A stretch of 63,312 bases of DNA, filler included, from Stramenopiles sp. TOSAG23-3 (lineage: Eukaryota), in assembly GCA_900128585.1 (NCBI GenBank). It is 10 parts of 10 records of this genome, joined end to end, with 100 filler letters (N's around TTAATTAATTAA, not from the genome) between each part and the next. Parts side by side here need not be neighbours in the genome. Positions count along the whole stretch, not along the records: positions 32,672 to 43,447 come from LT642789.1; positions 43,548 to 54,295 come from LT642790.1; 8 more parts are not named here. One strand, 5' to 3'. A model generated the notes under the pieces. It was not told the origin of the DNA. It searched no databases and saw nothing but the letters and a program-made list of their open reading frames with translations. The first letter of the stretch is position 1; each line of letters opens with the position of its first letter. A program made the translations under genes and the position numbers. Shown piece after piece: positions 33,397 through 47,300 of the stretch.

Positions 33397-34887
33397 TTAA
33401 AGTGAGGCTAAATAATCCATTGCCAAACGAGCCCCGTTACGTGCCGCAATGCAGCTTACTTCCATGGCACTTGCGATTGATTCGATCGCGTTCAAGTTGT
33501 ACAATCCATTGTGCAAGACAATCGGCTGCAATTCCCCTGGTTCCCCTGTCAAAGGTTTCAAGTGGGCAAACGTGTAGGGCCAGTGCTGGACGTACACGGT
33601 TTTGACTTCTTCGAACAGGCCATCGACCAACGTGTTCGGTTTTTTCCCGCTTAGGTCATGGTCGCTGTACACCAACCAAACGTTTTTCGGCTCCCCTTTC
33701 CCGCCTTTTCCATGTTTTCCGAGCGGCTGTATCACTGTCCACGGAGTTTTCGGGTTTGTACTGCTACCGTTGGCAGAGGTCAAAAACACCCTTGGAAGCT
33801 GATTCCCCTCACTGTTTACATAATAAGGCAAAAATTGAGAGGCATTTATGCGAGCGGCTTCCACAACCGTCACATACCAAGGGTAAAATTGGCGATTCAG
33901 ATTTGCACCGGGTGGCATAGGGAAGCCAGAAAATTCAATGCCCGTCGTTTCGAGTGGGGCGGCAATCAAAACAGCATCGTACGTGTCCGTCGTTGTGCTT
34001 GCTTCGGGGTTTCCGAATTGCTTCTGTTCAGAAACAACGTCGAACGTTGCCAGCGAATTGCCATCTCTGCCGTTTTGCTTCAAGTTGATCTCGGTTACCT
34101 TGGAAGATAATCGAACGGTCGCCTTCGCGGCTTTAAACAAGGCCTCGACAAGGTCGCTGTTCCCCGACGGCCAATCTTCATGGTCGATCAACGCCGTCAT
34201 GCTCCCGAACATTGCAAAGCTACTCGAATTACTGTTTTGATTGTAAATTGCCCGCATAACAGGCACAAGCCCATTTTCAACCACCTCATCCTTCACCCCA
34301 AGCGCCGTAAAATACTCAAGTATGCTTTGGCTGGCATATTTATCGAGCTGCCCCCACTTCAAGAAGTCATGGATGTCGGTGAAGGGCTCGTTGCTTTGCT
34401 GCTGTGCGTAAGACTCCGCAGTGCCTTGTAGAAATTGCGGTTCCGAATTGACGATTTTAAGCACCGAAAGAAGGTCTTTTGTTATTATTTCTTCAACGTA
34501 CGCAAACCCATCCCCGCGCCAAACACCTATCTTTTCCCACAATGGAGGAGAGGGCGCCTCCGCGGTGACAGTTGCATTCATCGCTTTCGCAAGGGCTTTC
34601 ACGTACTGGTTCGATTTAGTCCAAGCCGCTCCCCCCAATTCAACTTTCACCCTTTTCTCACCGAACGTAATATGCTTCAGCCGACCGCCGATGTAATCAC
34701 GACTTTCAAACACGGTGATTTCGACTGGAGGAAGGGACCGATTTCGCCGAATTTCTTGGAGATAATGGGAAGCAGCCGCACCCCCAATGCCCCCTCCGAC
34801 TATAGCTATTTTTGGAATCGGCGCGCCCAACGCAAACGCCAAAGAGCAACAGAGCAGTGCACGCAAACAATTTTGGAACAGCACCAT
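33397..34887 (-). CDS. Prenylcysteine oxidase/lyase-like secreted flavoprotein
   Basis: Signal peptide from Met at 34887; KIAIVGGGIGGAAASHYL, ITVFE..IGGRL, VELGG, RAIYNQ, GNSDL, YDAVLIAAPL, LYNLNAIESIASAMEVSCIAARNGARL (PCYOX C-terminal signature). Confidence 0.88.
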   Translation of the reverse strand: MVLFQNCLRALLCCSLAFALGAPIPKIAIVGGGIGGAAASHYLQEIRRNRSLPPVEITVFESRDYIGGRLKHITFGEKRVKVELGGAAWTKSNQYVKALAKAMNATVTAEAPSPPLWEKIGVWRGDGFAYVEEIITKDLLSVLKIVNSEPQFLQGTAESYAQQQSNEPFTDIHDFLKWGQLDKYASQSILEYFTALGVKDEVVENGLVPVMRAIYNQNSNSSSFAMFGSMTALIDHEDWPSGNSDLVEALFKAAKATVRLSSKVTEINLKQNGRDGNSLATFDVVSEQKQFGNPEASTTTDTYDAVLIAAPLETTGIEFSGFPMPPGANLNRQFYPWYVTVVEAARINASQFLPYYVNSEGNQLPRVFLTSANGSSTNPKTPWTVIQPLGKHGKGGKGEPKNVWLVYSDHDLSGKKPNTLVDGLFEEVKTVYVQHWPYTFAHLKPLTGEPGELQPIVLHNGLYNLNAIESIASAMEVSCIAARNGARLAMDYLASL

Positions 34888-35607
34888 CTTCCCCCTCCGT
34901 GGCGTATAAGGAAACAAAGAAAATTTGACAAAAGGTTGCTCACCAGGTATACTTCGGGAATTGATGAAATCTTTGTTATTCACCTCTGAAATCTGCATTC
35001 AATTCAGGAACGTATATTAATCTATACAAACGACGAATACACAGCGATTGTATTAATTCAGCTTGTTGAAGAATGGGGGAATGGGGGCGCCGGGGAGGAG
35101 GAGGTTGTTATAATAATACATAAAAGATATGTTGATGATGATGAGAGGAGAAGAAGAGAAGAAAAGAAGATATGATAATTATTATATTGTTACTAGACTA
35201 CCAGTAGGACTATTATTATTATTGCCAGGCGTCCCGAAGAAGGGTCATTTCATTATTTTGATAATAGGATAGTTATGTAAAATTGTATTAGAAGCATAAT
35301 ACAAATAAAAAGGACAAAAAAAGTTGAAATATAATACCCTATTTATAACACTGAATGGTTAACAGAAAAGTGGAGCATTGCGCAGAAAGAAGAAGAAACC
35401 GACGAAGATCCAATTATTATAATGCTGCTGCCTATTATACAGAACTCCCATAATAATATAAAAAAGAAGAGCGAATTTATTGGAAAGCAAAAGCAGAAAC
35501 AAGCAAAGAAGGTGCAGAAAGAAAGAATTGAAAAAATATAAACGAGAAGGAAGAAACTTGTCGTCGTCGTTGTTGTTGTATTTACGAAAAAACAATTGAC
35601 ATATATC

Positions 35608-37059
35608 ATGGCTTCAAGGGTGCACAAACTACTTATTAACGGGCGCCTGGTTGCTGCCGAGGCGGGCGCGACAAAGAAGGTTATCAACCCCTCAACGGGG
35701 GAGGCTTTCGCTTCTGTTGCAGACGCATCGATCAATGATTTGAATACTGCCGTTGCGGCGGGAAAAGAAGCGTTTAAAACGTGGAGAAAAGTGCCATTCA
35801 GGGAGCGCGCCGACTGCCTCAAGCGTTTTGGGGAGGAGCTCCAGCAACGGGCGCAAGAGTTCTCGGAAGCGTTGACGTTGGAGCAAGGCAAGCCCCTTAT
35901 GTTCGCCATGGGCGAAGTGATGACGTGTGTGAACAAGTGCAGGGACCTTGGGAAAGAAGACTTGCTGCTGCCAAGGGTCGTGAAAGAAGACAAACACGGG
36001 CGCGTAGAGATTCACTACATTCCGCGCGGTGTCGTTGGGGGCATCACACCTTGGAATTTCCCCATGTCCATGGCCGCCAACAAAGTCTTCCCTGCGGTCA
36101 TCACGGGGAACACGATCGTGCTGAAGCCGTCACCGTACACCCCCGTGACTACTGCCATGATGGGAGAGATCGCCCAAAAGTGTTTCCCTCCTGGCGTTGT
36201 CAACATTGTGACCGGTGGCAATGAATTGGGCAGGTGGATAGTCAGCCATGACGACGTGTCTCACATTACGTTCACGGGCAGCGAAGCCACTGGACGGGCC
36301 ATTATGCAAGAGTGCTCCAAAACTGTGAAGAAAGTCACGCTCGAGTTGGGCGGCAACGACGCCGCAATTGTCATGCCGAACACCAACATTGACGAGGTGG
36401 CGCCAAAAATATTTTTTGCCGGCATGTTCAATTCTGGGCAAACGTGCATCGCCATCAAACGTGTCTATGTGCACGAAGACCAGTACGAGGAGATGGTGAG
36501 CAAGATCTCCAAAGTTGCCGAGGCCGCCAAGGTTGGCGACGGCTTTGGCGACGGCGTGGCTTACGGGCCGATGAACAACAAGATGCAGCTGAACCGTGTC
36601 GAGACGTTGGTCGAGGACGCTCGAAACGGGGGCGCGCGTATCGTTACCGGTGGCGAGCGCTTGGTCGTACCGGGCCACGAGAATGGGTACTTTTACAAGC
36701 CGACGATAATCGCGGATGTAAATGACGACGCGCGCATTGTCAAAGAAGAACAGTTTGGCCTTGCACTTCCAATATTAAAGTACTCCTCCGTGGACGACGC
36801 CGTTTGTCGTGCAAACAACTCCAAGTACGGACTCGGCGGTTCGGTGTGGGGCCCAGACGCCGAAAAGGCCGCAGAAGTTGCCCTGGAGCTAGAGTCAGGC
36901 ATGAGTTGGGTAAACCAGCACTTGTCGGGCAACGAACAGGCACCGTTCGGGGGGGTCAAATCCAGCGGCGTGGGCCGTGAAGGCGGAGGCATTATCGGCT
37001 TATCCGAGTTTGTGGAAACAAAAAGTTTGTACGTCCGAAAACTGAAGAGCAGTTTGTAA
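35608..37059 (+). CDS. NAD-dependent aldehyde dehydrogenase
   Basis: ITPWNFP, LKPSP, FTGSEATG, catalytic LELGGND, FNSGQTCIA (catalytic Cys), EEQFG, PFGGVKSSG. Confidence 0.96.
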   Translation: MASRVHKLLINGRLVAAEAGATKKVINPSTGEAFASVADASINDLNTAVAAGKEAFKTWRKVPFRERADCLKRFGEELQQRAQEFSEALTLEQGKPLMFAMGEVMTCVNKCRDLGKEDLLLPRVVKEDKHGRVEIHYIPRGVVGGITPWNFPMSMAANKVFPAVITGNTIVLKPSPYTPVTTAMMGEIAQKCFPPGVVNIVTGGNELGRWIVSHDDVSHITFTGSEATGRAIMQECSKTVKKVTLELGGNDAAIVMPNTNIDEVAPKIFFAGMFNSGQTCIAIKRVYVHEDQYEEMVSKISKVAEAAKVGDGFGDGVAYGPMNNKMQLNRVETLVEDARNGGARIVTGGERLVVPGHENGYFYKPTIIADVNDDARIVKEEQFGLALPILKYSSVDDAVCRANNSKYGLGGSVWGPDAEKAAEVALELESGMSWVNQHLSGNEQAPFGGVKSSGVGREGGGIIGLSEFVETKSLYVRKLKSSL

Positions 37060-37213
37060 GGTGGGGGAGAAGCAAAACAAAACAATACACGGAATTACGA
37101 AGTACTAAGTAAAACGAAGAGCTTTTTAAAGAAAGTACTTTATTTCTTATCAAACCGCACAAATGGCTTGTACCCTTTACTTACTGGGTCAACTTATAAT
37201 TCGCACGCCCCCT

Positions 37214-38236
37214 TTACCTTTTCTTCATGTAAATGTAGTAGTACGCTATTGCGCACCACAAGGAATACACCGTCCTTCTCCCGAAAAATCTGGGGACGGT
37301 AAACGATGCAAACGATAAAAATTTGAAAAGGTACTCATTGTTGAAGATGCCGTGCGGGAACAGACGTACCGCCAAGTCTACCATTTTGCAGTCCGATCCT
37401 ACCAAAATCCTGGTCTCTTTCTTTTCCAGCCCGTCTATAATAATTTGCGCCGCCTGTGCGGGTGTGGTGCTCCCCGCATTCTTCAAAAGCCAGTCCATGT
37501 CAGAGGCGTTTTTCATACGGTACTCTTTCGGCAGCGTAAACCCAAGGGTCTTTGCATCCACGGTGGCCGAGACGTCGTGGATGTACTCTTTGCAATTTTG
37601 AAAAATGTTCGTAGTGACCATGCCCGGGTGAACCACGGCTACGTGTATGTTCTTGTTCAGCGCATTGCACTCCATCATAAAGCACTCAGTCATTCCTCGC
37701 ACGCCAAATTTGGACGTCGCGTACGCAGAGTTTCCGGGAAAGGCGCCAATTCCTGCCATCGAGGATGTGTTTGCCACGTATGCCTGTTCCGATCTCTTCA
37801 AAGCTGGAAGAAATGCTTTCATCCCATAAAATACCCCAAAAAGGTCCACCTTCAATACACGCTCCCACTCTTCTATGCTTGACCCGTCTGTGCTATTTGC
37901 GCACACTATACCGGCATTGTTAAACAGTGCGTCTACGACACCCCCATGTTGCTGTACAACATCCTCCGCAAAACGAAACATGGCGTCCCGGCTGGACACG
38001 TCAACATAATGCGTAGTTATCAAGAAGTTTTGGTCGACTAAAATTCCACGTTGGCCGCGAATGTATTTGGCAGTGTCCTCTAAGCGCCCCATGTTTATAT
38101 CCGCCAAAGCCAAGCCTTTCGCACCCCGCATTGCAAGCGTAAGCGCCAACTGCTTTCCCATTCCGTCAGCCGCCCCCGTGACCACACAAACCTTCCCTTT
38201 CCATGGCTCCGCCGTACTCGACCAGTAGTTCCCCAT
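37214..38236 (-). CDS. Short-chain dehydrogenase/reductase
   Basis: TGAADGMG Rossmann motif, FNNAGI, SSMAG, YATSK catalytic YxxxK, VHPGMV; hydrophobic C-terminus. Confidence 0.93.
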   Translation of the reverse strand: MGNYWSSTAEPWKGKVCVVTGAADGMGKQLALTLAMRGAKGLALADINMGRLEDTAKYIRGQRGILVDQNFLITTHYVDVSSRDAMFRFAEDVVQQHGGVVDALFNNAGIVCANSTDGSSIEEWERVLKVDLFGVFYGMKAFLPALKRSEQAYVANTSSMAGIGAFPGNSAYATSKFGVRGMTECFMMECNALNKNIHVAVVHPGMVTTNIFQNCKEYIHDVSATVDAKTLGFTLPKEYRMKNASDMDWLLKNAGSTTPAQAAQIIIDGLEKKETRILVGSDCKMVDLAVRLFPHGIFNNEYLFKFLSFASFTVPRFFGRRTVYSLWCAIAYYYIYMKKR

Positions 38237-38936
38237 AATACTCTACAACAAACGGATTGCAAACACACACAAAAGGGTATTAAAAAGGTTTATACAATGA
38301 AAATAAAAATTTGTTTTTTTCTCTCCATCCCCCAATCAACCATAAAAATGGAAATCATCAAGCAAATATTGGTTTCGTGTTAATGCAATCAGTATTTTTC
38401 TGTTTTGTAAAAAAGTAAGTTACTTTCTCGTATTATTATTTTAAAAATCAATCATCATCAATAAATCAAATCGATCGAGAAAGAAGGGTTCGTTTTTTTA
38501 ATAAAATATTATTATCATTCAATCAATGGTATTTTCTTTGTAATAATTTTTATCGCCACGGCGGAGGGGAGGGGAAAATGTAACGACGACGGGGTGATCG
38601 ATGTGAATTATAATAATAATAATAATATGATGAAGAGAAATTTTTTCTTCTTCTTTCTTCTTTCTTCTTTCTTCTTTCTTCTTTCTTCTTCTTTCTTCTT
38701 CTACTATTTCATAATTAAAATTAAAAAATTTCATTTGTGTTTCTTCCTCACCAATACGATTGCGTTCGAACTATATCAATAGCCGATTGCGTATGGGAAA
38801 AAATGCTGCAATTCAAACCGAACATTTGGTTTTCATAGTTTAATTCAGGACTGTAAGCTCTAGAATTTACAACTTGGTGTGCATTAGATGCTCACAAGTG
38901 AAGGGTGTATAGAGAGGGACGGGCGGCCTTTTTGCC

Positions 38937-39965
38937 ATGGCGGGGAAGGGCAGTGCGACGGCAGAGTTGGACACGGCAACTCTGTTAGACGACGATGAGT
39001 TGGGCGCGAATTACTTGCTGTCGTTTGGGATACCAAAAAAAGAGGTTCGAGCGAAAAAAAAACCAAAGAATCGATCGAAAGGTGTGATGTATTCGATCGG
39101 TCTGTTGGTTTTCCTTATCAGTGCACGAGAGTATGGGGTGTTGTCCGTTCACACCCTGGTATTGGCCGTGCTGTTTTTCATAGCGTTTGCCCCTCGAAAT
39201 AGCATGGACGATCACGTCCAGCAGGTGCACGAAGACCATTACGTGGACGAGGGGTCGCCGAAGGAGAGGTGGAACTTGTACCCGTGGCACGCTGTCATCC
39301 ACCAATTCGGCAGGCAGCCGCTTTGCGACGAGTTTCGATTTTTAGTGTCCCAAGTCGCGTGGGAAGACCAGCGTGTAAACCTGATAAACAGTTTTTATGG
39401 AATGTACGTGAAGACCATCTTCTCAAAGGCGGACCTGAAACTCCTAGGGAAGCGGGTCAAAGGCCTGTGCAGACGGATTGTTCGGGAAACGCCCTTTGGA
39501 TTTGAAAAACGCCGTTTGAGAAAGCAGTGCCTCCAAGAGTTGGAGAGTGGCCGATACTTTGAGTGGGTTCTTGAAAACAATTTTTGCTACCAGTTTATCG
39601 AAGACCTGCCGGGGTCTCTGGAAAAGACCGACCTTGCTTACGCGGGGGCCAACTTTGTCGAGTCTCCCATATCATCGCGTGCTCAGGTCGAATCGTTCCG
39701 CTTGTGGTTTTTGAAAATATTTTGTGCCCACATAGTAAAGCGTTACGTAGTGTCGATAGAGCAGTACCCCAGCTTCGACACAAAATGCGTCATCTGTAGC
39801 GAGCGAACCGTCAGCGTTGCTTTCTGCGGCTGCAACCATACCGTTGCTTGCGGGGAATGTGCCCGTAACTGCTTTTACAGCGATCAAAAGTGGGGTGGGC
39901 ATTGCCCAATTTGTCGGTCGGAGATACGGGAACTGTCGGACGAAAGCTTGGCGCGATCGTCTTGA
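38937..39965 (+). CDS. Membrane-anchored RING-HC (C3HC4) E3 ligase-like protein
   Basis: Two N-terminal hydrophobic helices; C-terminal CVIC...CNHTVACGEC...CPICR. Confidence 0.75.
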   Translation: MAGKGSATAELDTATLLDDDELGANYLLSFGIPKKEVRAKKKPKNRSKGVMYSIGLLVFLISAREYGVLSVHTLVLAVLFFIAFAPRNSMDDHVQQVHEDHYVDEGSPKERWNLYPWHAVIHQFGRQPLCDEFRFLVSQVAWEDQRVNLINSFYGMYVKTIFSKADLKLLGKRVKGLCRRIVRETPFGFEKRRLRKQCLQELESGRYFEWVLENNFCYQFIEDLPGSLEKTDLAYAGANFVESPISSRAQVESFRLWFLKIFCAHIVKRYVVSIEQYPSFDTKCVICSERTVSVAFCGCNHTVACGECARNCFYSDQKWGGHCPICRSEIRELSDESLARSS

Positions 39966-40230
39966 TGCGCGCTGGGGCGGCATCGGGATGGCCGTACGCC
40001 GTGCGGCCAAGGTAAACCATACGCAGTGTTATTAGAACAGCGTGCTGAGTTTGACGACGTACAGAGCTAAAATCGTAATTTATGTCACCACAAGAGTATA
40101 TTGATTACGAAAGTACTCTGTACAGTAAAATTACAGGAGCAGAGGTAAGTTCGCAGTGCATGAAGGAACGTAACGTAAACCTTCAATGGGCAAAAGGAGC
40201 AGATTCACTTTCGCGGTACACGAATAATAT

Positions 40231-40275
40231 AAATTTTAATTTACTTAAATAACAGCCAGTTTTAAAATTGTTTTT
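40231..40275 (-). promoter_or_regulatory. Conserved gene-tail element, copy 4 (extended form)
   Basis: aaattttaatttacttaaataacagccagttttaaaattgttttt, downstream of RUVBL2. Confidence 0.5.
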
Positions 40276-40522
40276 AAAGTCATCACTACCTTCCATCAAA
40301 GATATGATACCAATGTTGTAAACGAAAGATGGTTCTCGCTACAACATGTTATAAATTAATGCTAAAATTCAAAATTGGGTTTAAATTTTTAATTATTTTA
40401 ATTGCTTCAAAACGGTTCGGGATCGACCCTGGGCGCCGTGGATTCGTCCTCCACGCCATCGGCCCCATCCTCAAAAGGCAAGAAAGAGTATACGCTGTGC
40501 GTGCGTGCGTTCTTCTTCTCTC

Positions 40523-41950
<1,428 letters not shown>

Positions 41951-42462
41951 TTAAAAAAACACTATCGAGGATGAGATTGAATATATAATTATATGTGTAT
42001 ATTTATATATAGAAAGAGAGATACGTTGATAAATGTAATTGTACCTTTTCCGTGTTAACATCCGGTTTGGATTTGTTTAGTTATCATTTGGTTGGGTTCA
42101 GTTGTTTCCATTTCCATGTCTTTTCATAGAATTCCTTTTTTCTTCCTTTTTTCCTTCTTTCTTTCTTTCTTTCTTTCTTCTTCTGATTTTTTGTATTTTG
42201 AATCCTATGCTATTCTTATATATTTAAATTCATTTTTGAAAATTCTTCTTCTTTTTAATAATAAAATAAAATTATGATATACTAATATTAATATAAGTAT
42301 ATTATACTACCTATTTAATATACATATTATTTAAAATAGATACTGTGACAATGTTTCCTTCCTAGTCCTAAATGACCATTCATTTTTTTTCTTCTTTTTT
42401 TAATTTAAAGTTAAAAAAAAAAGGATTTTTGAAAAGATATTTTTTTAATTTAGAATCTCCCG

Positions 42463-42597
42463 CTCTCTCTCTTCTCTCTTCTCTCTTCTCTCTTCTCTCT
42501 TCTCTCTTCTCTCTTCTCTCTTCTCTCTTTTCTCTTCTCTCTTCTCTCTTCTCTCTCTTCTCTCTTCTCTCTTCTCTCTCTTCTCTCTCCCTCTCCC
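42463..42597. repeat. (CTTCTCT)n polypyrimidine tandem repeat
   Basis: Direct reading; ~130 nt of pure pyrimidine. Confidence 0.9.
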
Positions 42598-42799
42598 CAG
42601 CCTCCTCCATCCAGCTGGTGGTATTAATTATTAGACTATTCAATTAAAAATGAAGAATGTATACTTTATACTTTATACTTTACCGTCTTCTAATTTGAGT
42701 TGAGTGTCCACTCTCTGTGCTGCTGCCTTTTCTTTTTTTATTTTTTTTTCCCTTTTTTTTTAATTATTATTTATAATGGTTGAGTTGTTATAAAAAGAC

Positions 42800-42918
42800 T
42801 CCTTTTTCTTTCTTCTTCTTTTATCTTCTTCCTCTTCTTTCTTCTTCCTCTTCTTTCTTCTTCTTCTTCTTTCTTCTTCTTCTTCTTTCTTCTTCTTCTT
42901 CTTTCTTCTTCTTCTTCT
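42800..42918. repeat. (CTT)n imperfect microsatellite
   Basis: Direct reading. Confidence 0.9.
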
Positions 42919-43179
42919 GCTGTATTATATAGCTTCTAGAAGTTAATAGATGAGTGTATTATTAGGATAGAGTTTAGAGTAGCTAAACTAAGAATTCAAT
43001 AAAATTACCAACCAACCGACCGAAAGAAAAAAAAACCAAATTGAATAAAGTAAAACATTAAAAATCCTATGAATTCATTATAGCCAATAATTATAATATG
43101 ATTTTTGAAAACTATTTATTCCTATTATATAATTTATTAGAATATATTATAACAAAACAAGTACATATCGGTTTGACTC

Positions 43180-43447
43180 CTTCTTTCTTTTAATTCTTCT
43201 TTAATTCTTTTTCTTTAATTCTTCTTTCTTTTTATTTCATCTTTCTTCTTTCTTCTTCTTTCTTCTTTCTTCTTTCTTCTTCTTCTTCTTCTTCTTTCTT
43301 CTTTCTTCTTTCTTCTTTCTTCTTTCTTCTTTCTTCTTTCTTCTATCTTCTTTCTTCTTTCTTCTTTTTTCTTTCTTCTTTCTTCTTTCTTCTTTCTTCT
43401 TTCTTCTTCTTCTTTCTTCTTTCTTCTTTCTTCTTTCTTCTTTCTTC
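43180..43447. repeat. (TTCTTTC/CTT)n microsatellite at contig end
   Basis: Direct reading. Confidence 0.9.
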
Positions 43448-43547
43448 NNNNNNNNNNNNNNNNNNNNNNNNNNNNNNNNNNNNNNNNNNNNTTAATTAAT
43501 TAANNNNNNNNNNNNNNNNNNNNNNNNNNNNNNNNNNNNNNNNNNNN

Positions 43548-43617
43548 TTCTTTCTTTCTTTTGAGTTCTTTCTTTCTTTCTTTTGAGTTCTTTCTTTCTT
43601 CCTTCCTTCCTTCCTTC

Positions 43618-43672
<55 letters not shown>

Positions 43673-43681
43673 TCCTTCTTT

Positions 43682-43733
<52 letters not shown>

Positions 43734-43757
43734 TGCTTTCTTTCTTTCTTTCTTTCT
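43548..43757. repeat. (CTTT)n microsatellite at contig start
   Basis: Direct reading. Confidence 0.9.
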
Positions 43758-44372
43758 TAATGCTCTGTCTATATTATCATAAACTAAGGATAAATATAAC
43801 TTCAGTTATTAATTTTAATTTGAAATACAATACTATTATCATATATATACTATATATTTTTTATATTAATATTCCCTATATTAATACATAAATGTATCAT
43901 TTAAAAGAAAGAGAAGAAAGAACGAGAAAAGGCCTCTTCTCTTTCTTCTCTTCAAAAAGGGGGGGGGGGGAGGCAAGGCAAGGCAAACAAAGGTTAATAT
44001 GAAAGAAGAAAATAAGAATTAGTTAGGATTGGTCTCTCTCTCTCTCTCCTTACTTCTTTTCTTCTTTCTTTTCTTCTTTCTTTAATAGGCTTTGTTAGAT
44101 TATTAGATTAGGTAATTATAGATAGATATAGGATAGGATAAGTGAATTGATTATATATAGAAGAAGAAGAAACAAATTAAAAAAAAAATAATTAGAAGAA
44201 GAAAATGTAGATGAAGTATACAAAACAAAACAAACATACGAGTGAATGAAGGAATGAATAAAGAAACGATGTAGAGAAAGGAAGATTGTATTTGTGATTG
44301 CATGTGTGCGAGTGCGATTGTGTGTTTTGTGATTTGAGTTCTGTTACACCACCTTAACAACACCACGTTAGA

Positions 44373-47300
44373 ATGCAACGGTACACCGTCTTTGTGTGCG
44401 TGCTCTGCACGCTATTGCTTGCCGTGGGGTCCTATGGGAGTAACGTACGGGATGGGGGGAAAGTCAGCGCTTGGGCCGGCGCATTGGCCGCACAGGCCGC
44501 ACCGTTGCAACAGGAGGGGCAAGGCGCAAGCGGCTCCTCCGCCGCCGCCTCCGCCGCCGCTGACCCGACCTCAGGTGGCGACAACGCCACGTCCACAGCG
44601 GCCCAAGCCGCGAAGGAGGACGAGGACCGAAGGGAAAGCCAGGAGGCCGAGGGGGAGGAGAGGGCCAAGACGAAGCGAAAACGGAGCGAGGAGCTGGAAA
44701 AGGCCTCCTTCAAGACCGAGTTCTCCACCGCGCTGGAAAAGGCCCAGCAAAAGGAAGAGGCCATGAAGGCCGGGGTCCGGGAGAAGGCAGAGCGCGTCGC
44801 GGAGGAGAAGGCGAAGAACGCGACGCGCCTGAGGGCGCAGGCCGAGAAGAAGGAGAAGCGCCACGAGGAAAACATGAAGGCGGACGAGAAGAAGCGGCGG
44901 GAGGAAGACGCGAAGGCGACGGTGAAGAAGGAACAGCAAGGCAAGGCAGAGAGGCAGGCCCACGCTGCGAACACGCGCGCCCAGGAGGACAAGGCGAAGC
45001 GCACGACGCTGAAGAAGAAGTGGGCCGTGGACAAGTTCAATGTCCTCTCGGACATTCGACGGAACATGCTCGTCGACCCCGCGACGGGGGGAAAGACCTG
45101 CTCGCAGAACGGCCGGTGGAACAACCGGACCCGGAAATGCGACTGCAACGCCGGCCACTTCGGTCCCATCTGCTCCTACCGGGGCCTTGCCAAGCACCAT
45201 GGCCACGGCCGGTTCGTCGGCCTCTCGAACTGCGAGCACGGGGAGCCCCTGGACGGCGGCGGCTGCAACTGCACGGAGGGCTGGTACGGCTACCACTGCC
45301 ACTTCAAGAAGTGCGTCCATGGGGCCCGGCGCTGCCCGGTGGGGAGGAAGTTCTGCCTCCGCCAGCGCTGCGTCTGCGAGAAGCCGTGGTTTGGGATGTT
45401 CTGCGACCAGGCCCCGGTCGTTCGCCCCCCGCCTGCACGTGCGAGTGCCCCGCGCCCTGGACGGGCCGGACCTGCGACCAGTGCGTCGAAGCGAAGGTCT
45501 TCGTGAAGCGGGGAATGGTCCTTGACAAGCAGAACTGCCAAGCCGCGTGCCCCGCCAACCGGACCTGCGGGAAGCACGGCGTCCTGGACAGGGAGACCTG
45601 CGAGTGCAAGTGCCCCCCGAACTTCTCCGGCCCGGAGTGCGGCGAGTGCCCGGAGCGCAGCTGCAACGGCCACGGTATCTTCGACAAGCGCATGTGCGGC
45701 TGCCTCTGCGACGTTCCGTTCTTGCCGAAGTCGGACTGCCAAAAGTGCCGCCCGATGGACTGTGGCGCCCACGGTACCTTTGACCCGTTCAAGTGCAAGT
45801 GCCGCTGCAAGGGCGGGTGGAAAGGCCTGGTCTGCGACAAGTGCGGGAGGGAGGACGGTGACTCCTGCCCGGACGGGCACATCTTCGACGAGTCCGAGTG
45901 CAAGTGCACGGCGCAGTGCAAGCCTGTGGAGTGCCAGAACGGCGGCGTGCAGGACCCCAAGACGTGCAAGTGCAAGTGCAACGTCGGGGCGATCGACTTG
46001 GACGAGCGCCAGAAGAGCGCCGCCATTCAAGAGCTCCTTCACTTGGTACGCGCCAAGTTCGGGGCAAAGTCTCCCGTCCTGAAGGCCGTGAAGCAGTCCC
46101 TCGAAGGGTTCGTGGCGGGCCAGACCCCGAAGGGCTCGATGGTCCAGGAGGTGCTGTCGTTCATCGGGACGACGAAATTCGCGGACGTTCAAAAAGCGAT
46201 GAAGAAGCTCAAGCACGCCGTGCATTTCGACGAGGGCGAGGAGGAGGCGGGGCGGAAGAACGAGACCTTGGCGGCTATGAAGAACTTGGGGGCAACAAAC
46301 GGCACGAGAAAGGCCATGTCCTTCAAGAGCTCCCTGGTCTCTCTCCTTCCGTCGCTCGCCCAAAACCCAGGGTCCAGCTTCCTGGAGATTGCGGAAGTGT
46401 CCGACGTGGACAACACGACCTACTGGGCAGGGGAGACATGCGGCCGCTGCAACATGCCCTCTCCCCCACCGTGCCGAAAGGACGAAATCTTCGACATGGA
46501 AAAGTGCGCCTGCGCTGTGGAGTGCCCGAAGCCAGTCCTGCAGTGTGCGAACGGTGGGAAACTGAACGATAAGACCTGCCACTGTGCCTGCCCGCCTGGG
46601 TGGAGCGGGAAAACGTGCGAGACGGAGGCCAACGGGCTCACCAAGAACAACGCGGTCCACTCCTGCAGGGAACTGCTTCAGCTGAAACCGGACACCCCCT
46701 CGGGCGGGTACTGGCTCAAGCCGAAGGACCACAGCGGGGAGCCATTCTTAACCCGGTGCGACATGACGTTGGACGGCGGCGGCTGGACGCAAGTTGCCCG
46801 GGTTCAAGAAAACGTAGGGCTCAATTACGACGCGGCGTCGTACTTAGAAGGGGTGTCACCGAAGAACTCCGAAACGTTGCACAGCGACTTTATAATCCCC
46901 TGCGGCCAATTCGACGGGCTGGACGGGAAACCCCACGACAGCCTTAAAGATTTTATGATTCGAGTCACGGTAGGCTTCGTTCGCGACTTTTACCGCGCGT
47001 CGGACATGACGAAAACCGACTTGTGCGAGCTCCTGTCCAGCAACGACAAACACGTCTGGTCAGCCAATGGCGGCGGGTTAGCCTCGCGCATTCAGGAGGA
47101 TGCCCAGCTGAAGATGCAAGCAAACACGGGATGGCTAAAACCAGTTTACTCGGAGTTGCAGACCGTCAAAGTTTTGGGAGGGAGCAACGAGAGTTGGCCG
47201 ATGGCAATAGATGGTAGGAAATATTTGAGCATGTGGGGGGGCTACAAAGGCGGGTGCTGCCACGAACGGTCGAACCTGTACCACGACGGTCAAGGCCACG

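Noticed and set aside
42372-43891. ORFs of SSLF/EERR/SFFL repeats (also 280-615 and 38519-38782)
   Set aside because: Translations of microsatellites
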